DNA of 64,000 bases from Myxococcota bacterium (GTDB lineage: Bacteria > Myxococcota_A > UBA796 > UBA2385), in assembly GCA_044344255.1 (NCBI GenBank), contig JBIJDH010000006.1, positions 96,001 through 160,000 on the forward strand. Reading direction: 5' to 3'. Below, piece after piece: positions 1 to 9,793 of this stretch (its first letter is position 1; every line of letters starts with the position of its first letter). The notes beneath the pieces were generated by a model. It saw only the letters and a program-made list of their open reading frames with translations, was not told where the DNA came from and ran no database searches. The translations under genes and the position numbers were made by a program.

Positions 1-369
1 CTCGGGCAGGACGATGATCATGCCGAGCTCGTTGGCCACCTGCTGGAGCTGGAGCGAGCGGGAGGTCTGCTCGCCGGGGTTCGAGCCGGCGTTGGCGAGG
101 CCGTGCCAGAAGAAGGTGACGGGCGGGCTGGCGGGCATGACCTCGGGCAGCAGCACGGTGACGGTGCGCTCGAGGCCACCGGCGGTCATCGGGCCGGTGC
201 CGCTCTCGCTCAGGTCTGGGCAGGTGCCGGAGCGGGCGGCGAGGGGGGCAGGGGTGAGCTCGGCGGGCTCACCGCCAGCGGTGTCGTCGCCCCCGGCGTT
301 CCCGGCAGCGTCGTCGTCCTTGCCCTTGCAGGCGCCGAGCAGCATGATCGTCCACAGCGCCGTCCGCAT
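1..369 (-). CDS. Lipoprotein alpha/beta-hydrolase (LpqC/PHB-depolymerase-like esterase), 5' part only; runs off the window edge
   Basis: My translation (not in ORF track): MRTALWTIMLLGAC lipobox ... ERTVTVLLP...PPVTFFWHG...QQVANELGMIIVLPE, the typical N-terminal half of this esterase family; GGAGG SD upstream of the ATG at 369. Confidence 0.65.
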   Translation of the reverse strand, partial: MRTALWTIMLLGACKGKDDDAAGNAGGDDTAGGEPAELTPAPLAARSGTCPDLSESGTGPMTAGGLERTVTVLLPEVMPASPPVTFFWHGLANAGSNPGEQTSRSLQLQQVANELGMIIVLPE

Positions 370-439
370 CCTCACCTCCGCCGCGCACGATATCAGAGCC
401 GGCCATCGCCGTCAGGGTGCCCTGGCCGAAGGGGGGCGG

Positions 440-1591
440 ATGAAGCTCGGTCGGACGGTGCTGCTGCTCGGGCTCACGAGCCTGCTCACCGACGTGGGCT
501 CGGAGATGATCTTCCCGCTGCTGCCGCTGTTCCTGACGGTGGAGCTCGGGGCCTCGACCACCTTCCTCGGCCTGCTCGAGGGGGCGGCCGACGCGGTGGC
601 CGCGGTGCTCAAGCTCGTCTCAGGGGGCTGGTCGGATCGGACGGGGCGCCGCAAGCCCTGGGTCGTGGCGGGGTACGGGCTGGCGGGCGTGGTGCGGCCC
701 CTCGTGGGCCTGGCGGGCGCGCCCTGGCAGGTGCTGAGCGTGCGCCTCACCGACCGGGTGGGGAAGGGCATCCGATCGGCGCCGCGGGACGCGCTCATCG
801 CCGACTCCGTGCCCGCTGAGCTCGCGGGGCGCGCCTTCGGCTTCCACAAGGCGATGGACCACGCCGGCGCGGTGCTCGGCCCCCTCATCGCCTCGGCGAT
901 GCTCTACGCGGGGGTGCCGCTGCGCTCCGTCTTCCTGTGGACGGCGCTCCCCGGCCTCCTCGCCTTCCTGGCGGTCAGCCTCGTGCGCGAAGAGCCCCGG
1001 CCCACCCCGGCCCCGGGGGCGCAGACCGGCGGGCCCTTGCCGCTGAACCTGCGGCGCCTCCTCGGCGTGCTGCTCGTCTTCGGGCTCGGCAATTCGTCGG
1101 ACGCCTTCCTGCTGCTGCGGGCGGGGGAGCGAGGCCTCGACACGGCGCTGATCCCGCTGCTCTGGGCGCTGCTGCACGTCTCGAAGATGGGCTGGGCGCT
1201 TATCGGCGGGCGGCTGGCCGATCGGTATGACCGCGTCACGCTGATCATCGCGGGGTGGGCCGTGTTCGTGGCGTCCTACGCGGCGATGGCGGCGCTGCCG
1301 TCTCCCGGGCACGTCTGGTGGATCTTCCCGCTCTACGGGGCCTTCTACGGCCTCGCCGAGCCCGCCGAGAAGGCCCTCGTCCGCGACCTCGTGCCCGCCG
1401 CGGACCGCGGCCGGGCCTTCGGCTGGTACAACCTCGTCACCAGCGGCTCGGCCCTGCCAGCGGGGCTGCTCTTCGGCGCGCTCTGGGACCAGGCGGGCCC
1501 GGTGGTGGCGCTCTCCACCGGCGCCGGCCTCGGCCTCGCGGCGATGGCCGCGCTCGCTACTTGGCGACGGGCGGGAGCTTCTCGACCTTGA
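440..1591 (+). CDS. MFS transporter
   Basis: ATG at 440 within ORF 14..1591; ~12 hydrophobic segments; motif A GGWSDRTGRRKP and a second GRLADRYDR; DRVGKGIRSAPRDALIAD is characteristic of this MFS subfamily. Confidence 0.9.
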   Translation: MKLGRTVLLLGLTSLLTDVGSEMIFPLLPLFLTVELGASTTFLGLLEGAADAVAAVLKLVSGGWSDRTGRRKPWVVAGYGLAGVVRPLVGLAGAPWQVLSVRLTDRVGKGIRSAPRDALIADSVPAELAGRAFGFHKAMDHAGAVLGPLIASAMLYAGVPLRSVFLWTALPGLLAFLAVSLVREEPRPTPAPGAQTGGPLPLNLRRLLGVLLVFGLGNSSDAFLLLRAGERGLDTALIPLLWALLHVSKMGWALIGGRLADRYDRVTLIIAGWAVFVASYAAMAALPSPGHVWWIFPLYGAFYGLAEPAEKALVRDLVPAADRGRAFGWYNLVTSGSALPAGLLFGALWDQAGPVVALSTGAGLGLAAMAALATWRRAGASRP

Positions 1592-2033
1592 TCGCGCGGA
1601 TGTTGTCCTTGAGGTCGTCGCCCGTCATGTGGCCGTAGGTCCAGCCCTTGCCCTTCTCGGGCGTGCCCACCTCGTCGAAGCTGGCCTGGAAGTCAGGGTC
1701 ACAGCGCATGGCGTTCGGCTTGTCGAGGAAGTCGAGGTCGGGCGCGCGGGCGGCGAGGTCGCCGTCCTTGGTCTTGTAGCAGGCGCCCTTGCGGATCTCG
1801 ATCGCCCGCCAGGTGCGCTCCTCCCAGCCCGTCTCCAGCGCCGTGGTGATGAAGGTGACCCGGGTGCCCTCGGGGGCGACCACGATCACGGACTGGAGGT
1901 GCGCGCCGTCGATGTCGTCGCCCTGCTTGCCGCCGGCCGGGTAGATCGCGCAGTGCCTCCGCGTGCCCGAGAAGTTGATGCCGGAGAAGCCGATGATGTC
2001 GCAGCGGGTGCGGGGGGCGATGTCCCAGCGCAT
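1557..2033 (-). CDS. Hypothetical protein (158 aa)
   Basis: ATG-started ORF with globular composition and GC3-biased codons; overlaps the MFS 3' end convergently by 35 bp; no family recognised. Confidence 0.65.
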   Translation of the reverse strand: MRWDIAPRTRCDIIGFSGINFSGTRRHCAIYPAGGKQGDDIDGAHLQSVIVVAPEGTRVTFITTALETGWEERTWRAIEIRKGACYKTKDGDLAARAPDLDFLDKPNAMRCDPDFQASFDEVGTPEKGKGWTYGHMTGDDLKDNIRAIKVEKLPPVAK

Positions 2034-2160
2034 GAGAACCTCGGGGGGCGGAGTCCGTCGGGGGAAACAGGAGCGGCATCATAGCCCGGGGCGCTCGGCA
2101 GGGGGCCCCGACCGGTGACGGGCGAGGCGACGGGATAGGTGCGCCGCCGGAGGGCTTGGG

Positions 2161-3615
2161 ATGCGGGAGTGGATGCGCGCGGCGGTGCTACCGCCCTCAC
2201 CCGCGGCCGTGGTCGCCCCCACCGCGGTGCCCGCCCTCGATCTGCGCGTGCGGCTGGCCCTCTTCGTCGTCGGCTGTGCGGCGGTGGCCATCACTACCCA
2301 GCAGTTTGGGCCGGGCGGCACCGCCGACAGCGTCACCTACCTCTCCGTGGGCGAGAACCTCGCGGAGGGCCGTGGCTTCGTGCGCTTCGACGGGCGGGCC
2401 TTCGCGGCCTGGCCGCCGCTCTACCCGATCCTGCTCGCGGTCGTGACCCGCCTCGGCCTCGAGGTCAACGACGCCGCCCGCGTAGTGGGGGGCCTCTGCT
2501 TCGGGCTCACGCTCGCGGCCTTCGGCGAGATGATGCACCGGGTCGGGCGGAGCGCCTGGCTCACGCTCATCCTGCTCGCGGTGCCGCCGGTCGTGCAGGT
2601 CTTCAGCAGCGCCCTCTCGGAGGCGCCGATGACGATGGCGATGGTGCTCGGCGTGGCCGCGCTCGGCCGCGGGGCGGGCCCGCTCGAGCTCGGCCTCTAC
2701 GCCGCCTTGGCGCTGAGCTCGCGGCACGTCGGCCTCAGCCTCCTCATCGTGCTCGGGGCCTCTATCTTCCAGCGAAAGCGGTCGGGGCTCCTGATCTTCC
2801 TCCCGGTGGCGGTGGCCCCTTCGCTGGCCTGGTCCTACTACAACCTTCAGCGGGTGGGCGAGCCCACCGGGGTCCGCGCGGCGGCCAACGCCTCGCTCTA
2901 TGACAACTTCGACAGCTTCTTCACCGCGATCGGCAAGGGTTTCGGCGTCTACGACGTGCCTGGCGCCCTCCTCGGCTGGCTGTTCATGGGCCTGCTGCTC
3001 TTCGGCTGGCGGGGCTGGCTCGAGCGGCGCGCGGCGGCGCTCACCGTCATCTACACGCTGCTCGTCGTGGGCACCGCCTCGGTGGTGGCGGTCACGCACC
3101 TCAACTTCCGCTTCGTTGAGCCGGTGCTGCCCTTCCTCGTCTTCCTCGGCCTCGCCGCAGTGCCGGTGCCCTGGAAGCCCGCCCTGGCCCTTTCGGTGGT
3201 GCTCGGCATCCGCGAGGTGGCCTGGGAGCACAACCACGGCATCGCCGGCTTCGGGGGCCCCTCCTGGGGCCGCTCGCCGCTCTTGAGCACGATGGCGGAG
3301 CTCCCGGTGAGCGACCTCGTCTTCACCAACGACCCCCACGCGATGGCGCTGTTCACCGAGCACGAGGTCGCCTACATGCCGATGAAGCGCTCCTACCGCT
3401 CCGAGAAGGAGCTGGCGCCGCTCGGCGAACAATTCGAGAAGCGGCGCAAGGGCCAGGCCTGCTACATCGCCTGGTTCACGGCGAAGCGCCCGGGCTACTC
3501 CTATTACAGCCCCGATCGGCTGAAGGAGCTCGGCTACCCCTTGGAGATCGTCTCGCCGCCCCTGAAGGGCGGCCTGCTCTACCGCATCGAGGCGGGGGAC
3601 TGGCCGGGGCCTTGA
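2161..3615 (+). CDS. GT-C-fold membrane glycosyltransferase (PMT/ArnT-like)
   Basis: N-terminal TM followed by ADSVTY...WPPLYP, a later LSEAP motif, many TM helices and a soluble C-terminal domain; start may be the ATG at 2173. Confidence 0.7.
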   Translation: MREWMRAAVLPPSPAAVVAPTAVPALDLRVRLALFVVGCAAVAITTQQFGPGGTADSVTYLSVGENLAEGRGFVRFDGRAFAAWPPLYPILLAVVTRLGLEVNDAARVVGGLCFGLTLAAFGEMMHRVGRSAWLTLILLAVPPVVQVFSSALSEAPMTMAMVLGVAALGRGAGPLELGLYAALALSSRHVGLSLLIVLGASIFQRKRSGLLIFLPVAVAPSLAWSYYNLQRVGEPTGVRAAANASLYDNFDSFFTAIGKGFGVYDVPGALLGWLFMGLLLFGWRGWLERRAAALTVIYTLLVVGTASVVAVTHLNFRFVEPVLPFLVFLGLAAVPVPWKPALALSVVLGIREVAWEHNHGIAGFGGPSWGRSPLLSTMAELPVSDLVFTNDPHAMALFTEHEVAYMPMKRSYRSEKELAPLGEQFEKRRKGQACYIAWFTAKRPGYSYYSPDRLKELGYPLEIVSPPLKGGLLYRIEAGDWPGP

Positions 3616-3709
3616 GCGGAGGGATTGGCGACGGAGACAAAGCCGGTCACCGAAATTCATCAAAATAAAGAGGAGCCCCCACTGCCCGTCAGGGTGAGAG
3701 GAGGTTCCG

Positions 3710-4243
3710 ATGACTTCGACCGCTGCCCTTGTTGCTCCCGTCTCTTGCACCCCCCGACTGGCCTCGCTGGGCCTCTTTGCGCTCCTGACCTTCGTCGGGT
3801 TCGGCGCGGCCCCGGCCGAGGCCTCCACCATTCGGGCAGCCGACAAGCTGGGTGTCGGCTTTGGCCATGGCTTTGGCACCTGGGGCGCTTCGGGGAAGTA
3901 TTGGCTGACCGACAGCGCCGCCGTACAGGCCAATGTCGGCTATGGCAGCCTCTCCCTCGAGGGTGCCGAGCCCGCCCTCGGGATCAACGCCGCCTATCTC
4001 GTTGAGGGCCCCGAGCTCCGCACGTCGGAGGCCCTGGACCTTGGCTGGAACGTGGGCGGTGGCGCCGCGGTCGGCCTCGGGCCCGAGCCCTCCTTTGGCA
4101 TCATGGGCGTCGCCGGCCTGGAGTTGTGCTTCAAGAAGGTCCCCATGGACATTGTGGTGGAGGCACAGCCCGGGGTTCGGCTCCTCCCGTCCCCTTCGGT
4201 GCACCTCGCCTCCTTCGGCGCGCAGGCCCGCTTCTGGTTCTGA
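3710..4243 (+). CDS. Small outer-membrane beta-barrel protein
   Basis: Signal peptide (AEA-S), alternating amphipathic Gly/aromatic strands, C-terminal ARFWF BAM-type signal; GAGGAGG SD. Confidence 0.7.
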   Translation: MTSTAALVAPVSCTPRLASLGLFALLTFVGFGAAPAEASTIRAADKLGVGFGHGFGTWGASGKYWLTDSAAVQANVGYGSLSLEGAEPALGINAAYLVEGPELRTSEALDLGWNVGGGAAVGLGPEPSFGIMGVAGLELCFKKVPMDIVVEAQPGVRLLPSPSVHLASFGAQARFWF

Positions 4244-4321
4244 GACCGAGGAGGCGGGTTCGAAGGAGGAAGGTGGACTCGTCGAAGGTCGCCGGCCTCT
4301 GCTCCCGGTCTCCGCCGTCGA

Positions 4322-6772
4322 TCAGAGGCCGAGCAGGACGTAGGCCGTACCGGAGGCGGAGCCGCCGGTGTCGGCCCCGGAGGCGCCGATGAGCACGTCG
4401 CCCTTGCCGTCCACGTTCAGGTCGGCGCCGGAGACGAGGCCTGCGCCGAGGGCGTCGCCGGCCTGGGCGCCGAGGATGGCGCCGGCGGCGTTGGCGGTGC
4501 TGAGCGCGCCCGTGAGGGTGGCGTCGCCGGAGAAGAGCCAGACGGCCCCGGCGTCGGCGCCGGCGAGGTCGTTGCCCTCGTCGCCGACGAGGAGGTCGGT
4601 GGTGCCGTCGCCGTTGAAGTCGGTGTCATAGACCACCGCGGAGCCGAAGTCACCGGCGGTGCCGCTGAGGGTGGCGCTGGCGCTGCTGTCATTGAGATCG
4701 CCGGACTGGCTGTCCCAGAAGACATAGACCGTGCCCGTGGCCTCATTCGTGAGCACGAGGTCATTCGTGCCGCTGCCGTCGAGGTCGCCGGGCTGGGCGA
4801 GGGCGTCCAGGCCAAGCTTCCCGCTGGCGGTGGTGCCGAGCACGCGGGTGCCGTAGACGTCGTTGATCTTCTCGCTGCCCCAGGACAGGGAGGCGTCGCC
4901 GGGGATGAGGTAGACCGCGCCGCCGTCGGTGGCGCCCGTGTCGACCCCGCTGGCGCCGGACAGGATGTCCTGGTAGCCGTCGCCGTCCCAGTCACCGACC
5001 GCCAGCGTGTAGCCGAGGTAGTCGTAATTGCTCGTGCCGTTAAAATTGGCGATGGCGTCGCCGAAGTCTTGGTTGCCGGAGATCCCGCTCGTGCTGGAGT
5101 ACACGGTGAGGATTCCGGAGCTGTAGACGGTCGAGCTGCTGGCGAAGTTGTCGGTGTAGCCGCCGACCACGACCTCGGCGTAGCCGTCGCCATCGATGTC
5201 GCCGCTGGCGCCGAGGCGGATGGAGTCGTTGTTGCTGTCGGCCGAGAAGGTGGCGTCGTCGTACTGGGCGCTCTCGGTGGTGGGCGCGCCGCGGAACAGC
5301 GACACCGTGCCGTAGGAGCCGTAGGTGCCCGAGGTCACGACGTCGGCGTAGCCGTCGTTGTTGGTGTCGTGGCTGGGGCCCTGGAGCAGTCCGACCGGAT
5401 AATAATAGTATCCGCCATAATAGGAATACCCAGAGATGGTGGCGCTGTCGTAGCTGGTCGCGGAGCCGGCGGCGGCGAGGAGGTCATCGCCGGGGAGGAC
5501 CCAGGCGTAGCCGTAGCTGCTGGCGGTGGTGCCGAGGATGACGTCGTCGACGCCGTCTCCGGTGAGGTCACCGCCCATCGACATCGTCTGCGGGCCGCCG
5601 ACGCCCTGGCTGGCGGAGGTGCCCGTCACATAGGCGGTGTAGAGGTCATCGACGCTGAAGTCGTCGATCACGCCGCTGCAGTCATTGTCGACGCCGTCCC
5701 AGACCTCGTCGGTCGGGCCGGTGATGGTGGGATCGGTGTCGTTACAGTCGGTGGGGTAGGCGACGCCGTCGGCGTCCTGGTCGTAGTCGTCGCCGCCGAG
5801 GCAGTCCTGATCGACGCCGTCGTACCAGACCTCGGTGGCTCCGGGGTAGGCGGTGGCGTCGGTGTCGTCGCAGTCGAGGTCGACCGTGGAGCCGTCGCCG
5901 TCCTGGTCAAAGTCGTCGGCCCCGTCGCAGTCGCTGTCGATGCCGTCGTACCAGACCTCGGCGGCGCCGGGGTTGATGGTGGCGTCGGTGTCGTCGCAGT
6001 CGGCCTCGAGGGCGTACCCGTCGAGGTCCTGGTCGTAGTCGTCGCCGCCGTCGCAGGCCTGGTCGATGCCGTCGTACCAGGTCTCCTCGTTGCCGGGGTA
6101 GCTCGTCGGATCGAGGTCGTCGCAGTCGGTGTCGACGGTGACGCCGTCTCCGTCTTGATCGTAGTCGTCGGCGCCGTCACAGTCCTGGTCGAGGCCGTCG
6201 TACCAGACCTCCTCCGCCTCGGGGTTCACGGTGGCGTCTTCGTCGTCGCAGTCGGCGCCGCCGGTGGCGGTCGAGCCGAAGCCGTCGCCGTCCCCGTCGA
6301 TCTGGACGCTGGCGGTGATCGTCACCGGCAGGAAGTCGCCCGTGACGGTGTCGGTGATCTTGAGGGTGGCGTCGTGGCTGCCCCAGTCGGCGGGGACGAG
6401 GGCGAGGCTCACCGCCGCGGTCTCGCCGGGCTCGGGGCTGTCGTTGTCGATGCCGACCGTGTAGGCCTCGGAGTGGCTGCTCGTGAGCTCGAGCTCCAAC
6501 GCGACCGCGGCGGCGCCGTCGCTCGTGATGGTCAGCGCCTGCGTCCCGGCGCCCCCGACGAAGATGACGCCGAAGTCGAGCGAGGTGGGATCGACGGTGA
6601 AGCTGCCCGCGTCGCCGCCGCCGTCCGAGCCGTCGGTGCCGTCACTCCCGTCGGTTCCGTCGCTCCCGTCGCCGCCGTCCGCCCCGTTCGCGGTGTCCGC
6701 TCCGCCTTTCCCGACCTGTCCCTTACCCGCGCCACAAGCCAACAGAAGGACGAGGAGAGGGACAGACCGCAT
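4322..6772 (-). CDS. Surface lipoprotein 1: Ig-like (ASH/choice-of-anchor-D-like) domain + 5 Cys/Asp (MopE-type putative metal-binding) repeats + FG-GAP/integrin-like beta-propeller
   Basis: MRSVPLLVLLLAC lipobox at 6772; VDPTSLDFG Ig start; five DCDD...PGA.E.WYDG.D.DC repeats; repeated GD(L/W/I)DGDG..D...GA blades. Confidence 0.85.
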   Translation of the reverse strand: MRSVPLLVLLLACGAGKGQVGKGGADTANGADGGDGSDGTDGSDGTDGSDGGGDAGSFTVDPTSLDFGVIFVGGAGTQALTITSDGAAAVALELELTSSHSEAYTVGIDNDSPEPGETAAVSLALVPADWGSHDATLKITDTVTGDFLPVTITASVQIDGDGDGFGSTATGGADCDDEDATVNPEAEEVWYDGLDQDCDGADDYDQDGDGVTVDTDCDDLDPTSYPGNEETWYDGIDQACDGGDDYDQDLDGYALEADCDDTDATINPGAAEVWYDGIDSDCDGADDFDQDGDGSTVDLDCDDTDATAYPGATEVWYDGVDQDCLGGDDYDQDADGVAYPTDCNDTDPTITGPTDEVWDGVDNDCSGVIDDFSVDDLYTAYVTGTSASQGVGGPQTMSMGGDLTGDGVDDVILGTTASSYGYAWVLPGDDLLAAAGSATSYDSATISGYSYYGGYYYYPVGLLQGPSHDTNNDGYADVVTSGTYGSYGTVSLFRGAPTTESAQYDDATFSADSNNDSIRLGASGDIDGDGYAEVVVGGYTDNFASSSTVYSSGILTVYSSTSGISGNQDFGDAIANFNGTSNYDYLGYTLAVGDWDGDGYQDILSGASGVDTGATDGGAVYLIPGDASLSWGSEKINDVYGTRVLGTTASGKLGLDALAQPGDLDGSGTNDLVLTNEATGTVYVFWDSQSGDLNDSSASATLSGTAGDFGSAVVYDTDFNGDGTTDLLVGDEGNDLAGADAGAVWLFSGDATLTGALSTANAAGAILGAQAGDALGAGLVSGADLNVDGKGDVLIGASGADTGGSASGTAYVLLGL

Positions 6773-6923
6773 GCGAGGCTCCAGGGGACGGGGGCAGGGG
6801 AACGGGGAGGAGGGACCGCTCGAGGGCGCCCCTCCTGGACTCACCGATGTCTATGCCCGCTCACCCTCCGTCCGATCACTGTGCTGCCGCTCGGGGGCCC
6901 CGTTCGCGCGGCCCCCGCGCCGC

Positions 6924-9692
6924 TCAGAGCCCGAGCAGGAGGTAGACCTTGCCGGCGTTCGAGGCCGCGCTGTCCGAGCCGCTGGCCCCGACCAGGACGT
7001 CGTTGGCGCCGTCGTTGTCGAGGTCGTAGCCCGAGGCGAGGCCGGAGCCGAGCGCGTCTCCCGAGAGGGCGCCGGTGATCACGCCCTTCGCGTTGGCGGT
7101 GGTCAGGGAGCCCGTCAGGGCGGAGAACTCGGGGAAGAACCAGAGGGCCCCGGCGTTGCTGGCCGCCTGGTCATCGCCGTCGTCGCCGATGATGAGGTCG
7201 ATGTTTCCGTCACCCGTGAAGTCGGTGTCATACGACACCGAGGCGCCGAAGTCGCCGGCCGTCCCCGTGAAGGTGGCGGTGGCGCCGGTGTCGTTCAGGT
7301 TGCCCGTCTGGCTGTCGAGGAACATCCAGACCTTGCCCAGGGCCTCGTTGCTGAGGACGAGCTCGCTCGCGCCGCTGCCGTCGAGATCGCCGGGCTGGGC
7401 GAGCTGGTCGCGGCCGAGGGCGCCGCTGGCGGTCGTGCCGAGCACGCGGGTGGTGTAGATGTCCTCGGCCACCTCGCTGCCCCAGGCGAGGCTCGCGTTG
7501 CCGCTGACGAGGTAGACCGCGCCGCCCCCGCTCGCGCCGGTGTCGACGCCGGGGGCGCCGGTGAGGATGTCGTCGTAGCCGTCGCCGTCCCAGTCTCCGA
7601 CCGCGAGGCTGTAGCCGAGGTAGTCGTAGGCGTTGTCGCCGTTGATCTCGGCATAGACGTCGCCGAAGTCGTAGTCGTAGCCGAAGCCGCTCGACGTGCT
7701 GAAGATGGCGACGATGCCAGCGTCGCGGTCTCCGTAGTTGTCGAGGTAGCCGCCCACCAGCACCTCGGCGTAGCCGTCGGCGTCGATGTCGCCGAGCGCA
7801 GAGATCTGCAGGCCGTCTTCGGTGTCGTCCCCGGCGAAGGTGGCCTCGGCGTAGTAGGCCGACTGGGAGCTCACCGCCCCCTCGAAGAGCCACGCCACGC
7901 CGTAATTCCCGTAGGGCCCGGTGGAGATCACATCGTCCACACCGTCGTTGTTGGTGTCTCCGGCCGGGCCTTGCAGCCCGCCGACGAGGTAGTAGCTGTA
8001 GTAGCCGGTGAAGTTGGCGCTGTCGTAGGCGCTGGCGAGGCCGGCCGCGCTCACCATGTCGTCGCCGGCGATGACCCAGACGTTGCCGTAGCTGGTCTTG
8101 GTGGAGCCGACCGCGAGGTCGGGGAGGCCGTCGCCGGTGGAGTCCCCGCCCATCGAGAGGGTGTTCGGGTCGCCGACGAGCTGGTTGGCCGTGGTACCGG
8201 TCACGTAGGCGGTGTACAGATCGGTGATGCTGAAGTCGTCGACGACGCCGTCGCAGTCGTTGTCTTTGCCGTCCCAGGTCTCGGCGACCGGACCGGAGAC
8301 CGTGGCGTCCGTGTCGTTACAATCGACGGGATAGTCCACCCCGTCGCCGTCCTGGTCGTAGTCGCTGCCGCCATCGCAGGCCTGATCGACGCCGTCGTAC
8401 CAGACCTCGGTGGCGCCGGGGTAGGCGGAGGCGTCGGTGTCGTCGCAGTCGACGCTCACGTTGTAGGTGTCGCCGTCCTGATCGAAGTCGTCGGCGCCGT
8501 CACAGTTGGAGTCGATGCCGTCGTACCAGGTGTCGGCGACGCCGGGGTTGATGGTGGCGTCTGTGTCGTTACAGTCGGCCCCGAGGGGGTAGCCGTCGCC
8601 GTCCTGGTCGTCGTCATCATTGCCGGCGCAGTCGGAGTCGATGCCGTCGTACCAGGTGTCGGGGGCGCCGGGGTAGACGGTTGCGTCGGTGTCGAGACAG
8701 TCGGTGCCGACGTTGACGCCGTCGCCGTCCTGGTCGTAGTCATTGCCGCCGTCGCAGGCCTGATCGACGCCGTCGTACCAGACCTCGGCGGCGCCGGGGT
8801 AGGCGGTGGGGTCGAGGTCGTCGCAGTCGACGGTCACCTCGGAGCCGTCATTGTCCTGGTCGTAGTCGTCGTTGCCGGCGCAGTCGGAGTCGATCCCGTC
8901 GTACCAGGTGTCGGCGGCGCCGGGGTAGACGGTGTTGTCGGTGTCGTCACAGTCGGCGTCGACCGTGACGCCGTCGCCGTCTTGATCGTAGTCGTCGCCG
9001 CCGTCGCAGGCCTCGTCCACCCCGTCGTACCAGACCTCGGTGGCGCCGGGGTAGCTCGTGGCGTCGGTGTCATCGCAGTCGACATCGACGGTGCTGCCGT
9101 CGCCGTCCTGGTCGAAGTCGTCGGCGCCGTCGCAATTGCCGTCGACGCCATCGTACCACACCTCTGTGGCGTCGGGGTTGACGGTGGCGTCGAGGTCGTC
9201 ACAGTCGGCGCCGCCGGACTCGACGCTGCCCACGCCGTCCCCGTCGGCGTCGGTCTGCACGGCGGCGGTGATCGGGACCGTCACGAGGTCGCCGCTGCTG
9301 CCGTCGGTGATGCTGAGGGTGGCGTCGTGGTTGCCCCAGGTGGAGGGGATGAGCACTACCGCGAGGGTGGCGGCCTCCCCGGGCCCGGGCGCGGCCTCGT
9401 CGAGGGTGAAGGACCAAGCGCTCGGCTGGCCGCTCGTGAGCGCCAGCTCCAGGCTGAGGGCCACGTCACCCGTGTTCTGGATCGTGATCGTCTGCTCGGC
9501 CGACTGGCCGACGAAGAGGGCCCCGAAGTCGAGGCTCTCCGGGTCGACGGAGAAGTTGGCGCTGCCGCCGCCATCCGAGCCGTCACCGCCGTCACCGCCG
9601 TCGGCGCCGTCGGCCACGGCGCCCGAGTCACCCGCGCCCCCCTTGGTAGAGTCACAGGCGGCGAGGAGGAGGACGAGGGCGAGCGCGCGCAT
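6924..9692 (-). CDS. Surface lipoprotein 2, paralog with 8 Cys/Asp repeats + FG-GAP propeller
   Basis: MRALALVLLLAAC lipobox at 9692; same architecture as its neighbours; ends VYLLLGL. Confidence 0.85.
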   Translation of the reverse strand: MRALALVLLLAACDSTKGGAGDSGAVADGADGGDGGDGSDGGGSANFSVDPESLDFGALFVGQSAEQTITIQNTGDVALSLELALTSGQPSAWSFTLDEAAPGPGEAATLAVVLIPSTWGNHDATLSITDGSSGDLVTVPITAAVQTDADGDGVGSVESGGADCDDLDATVNPDATEVWYDGVDGNCDGADDFDQDGDGSTVDVDCDDTDATSYPGATEVWYDGVDEACDGGDDYDQDGDGVTVDADCDDTDNTVYPGAADTWYDGIDSDCAGNDDYDQDNDGSEVTVDCDDLDPTAYPGAAEVWYDGVDQACDGGNDYDQDGDGVNVGTDCLDTDATVYPGAPDTWYDGIDSDCAGNDDDDQDGDGYPLGADCNDTDATINPGVADTWYDGIDSNCDGADDFDQDGDTYNVSVDCDDTDASAYPGATEVWYDGVDQACDGGSDYDQDGDGVDYPVDCNDTDATVSGPVAETWDGKDNDCDGVVDDFSITDLYTAYVTGTTANQLVGDPNTLSMGGDSTGDGLPDLAVGSTKTSYGNVWVIAGDDMVSAAGLASAYDSANFTGYYSYYLVGGLQGPAGDTNNDGVDDVISTGPYGNYGVAWLFEGAVSSQSAYYAEATFAGDDTEDGLQISALGDIDADGYAEVLVGGYLDNYGDRDAGIVAIFSTSSGFGYDYDFGDVYAEINGDNAYDYLGYSLAVGDWDGDGYDDILTGAPGVDTGASGGGAVYLVSGNASLAWGSEVAEDIYTTRVLGTTASGALGRDQLAQPGDLDGSGASELVLSNEALGKVWMFLDSQTGNLNDTGATATFTGTAGDFGASVSYDTDFTGDGNIDLIIGDDGDDQAASNAGALWFFPEFSALTGSLTTANAKGVITGALSGDALGSGLASGYDLDNDGANDVLVGASGSDSAASNAGKVYLLLGL

Positions 9693-9793
9693 GGGGATAC
9701 CCGTTCGGACTTCGGAGAGGAGATCGAGGAGAGGGGACACCGGGGCCGGAGGGCGCCGACCGCCGAGGCGGAGGGCGCCCTCGGCGGCGAGGG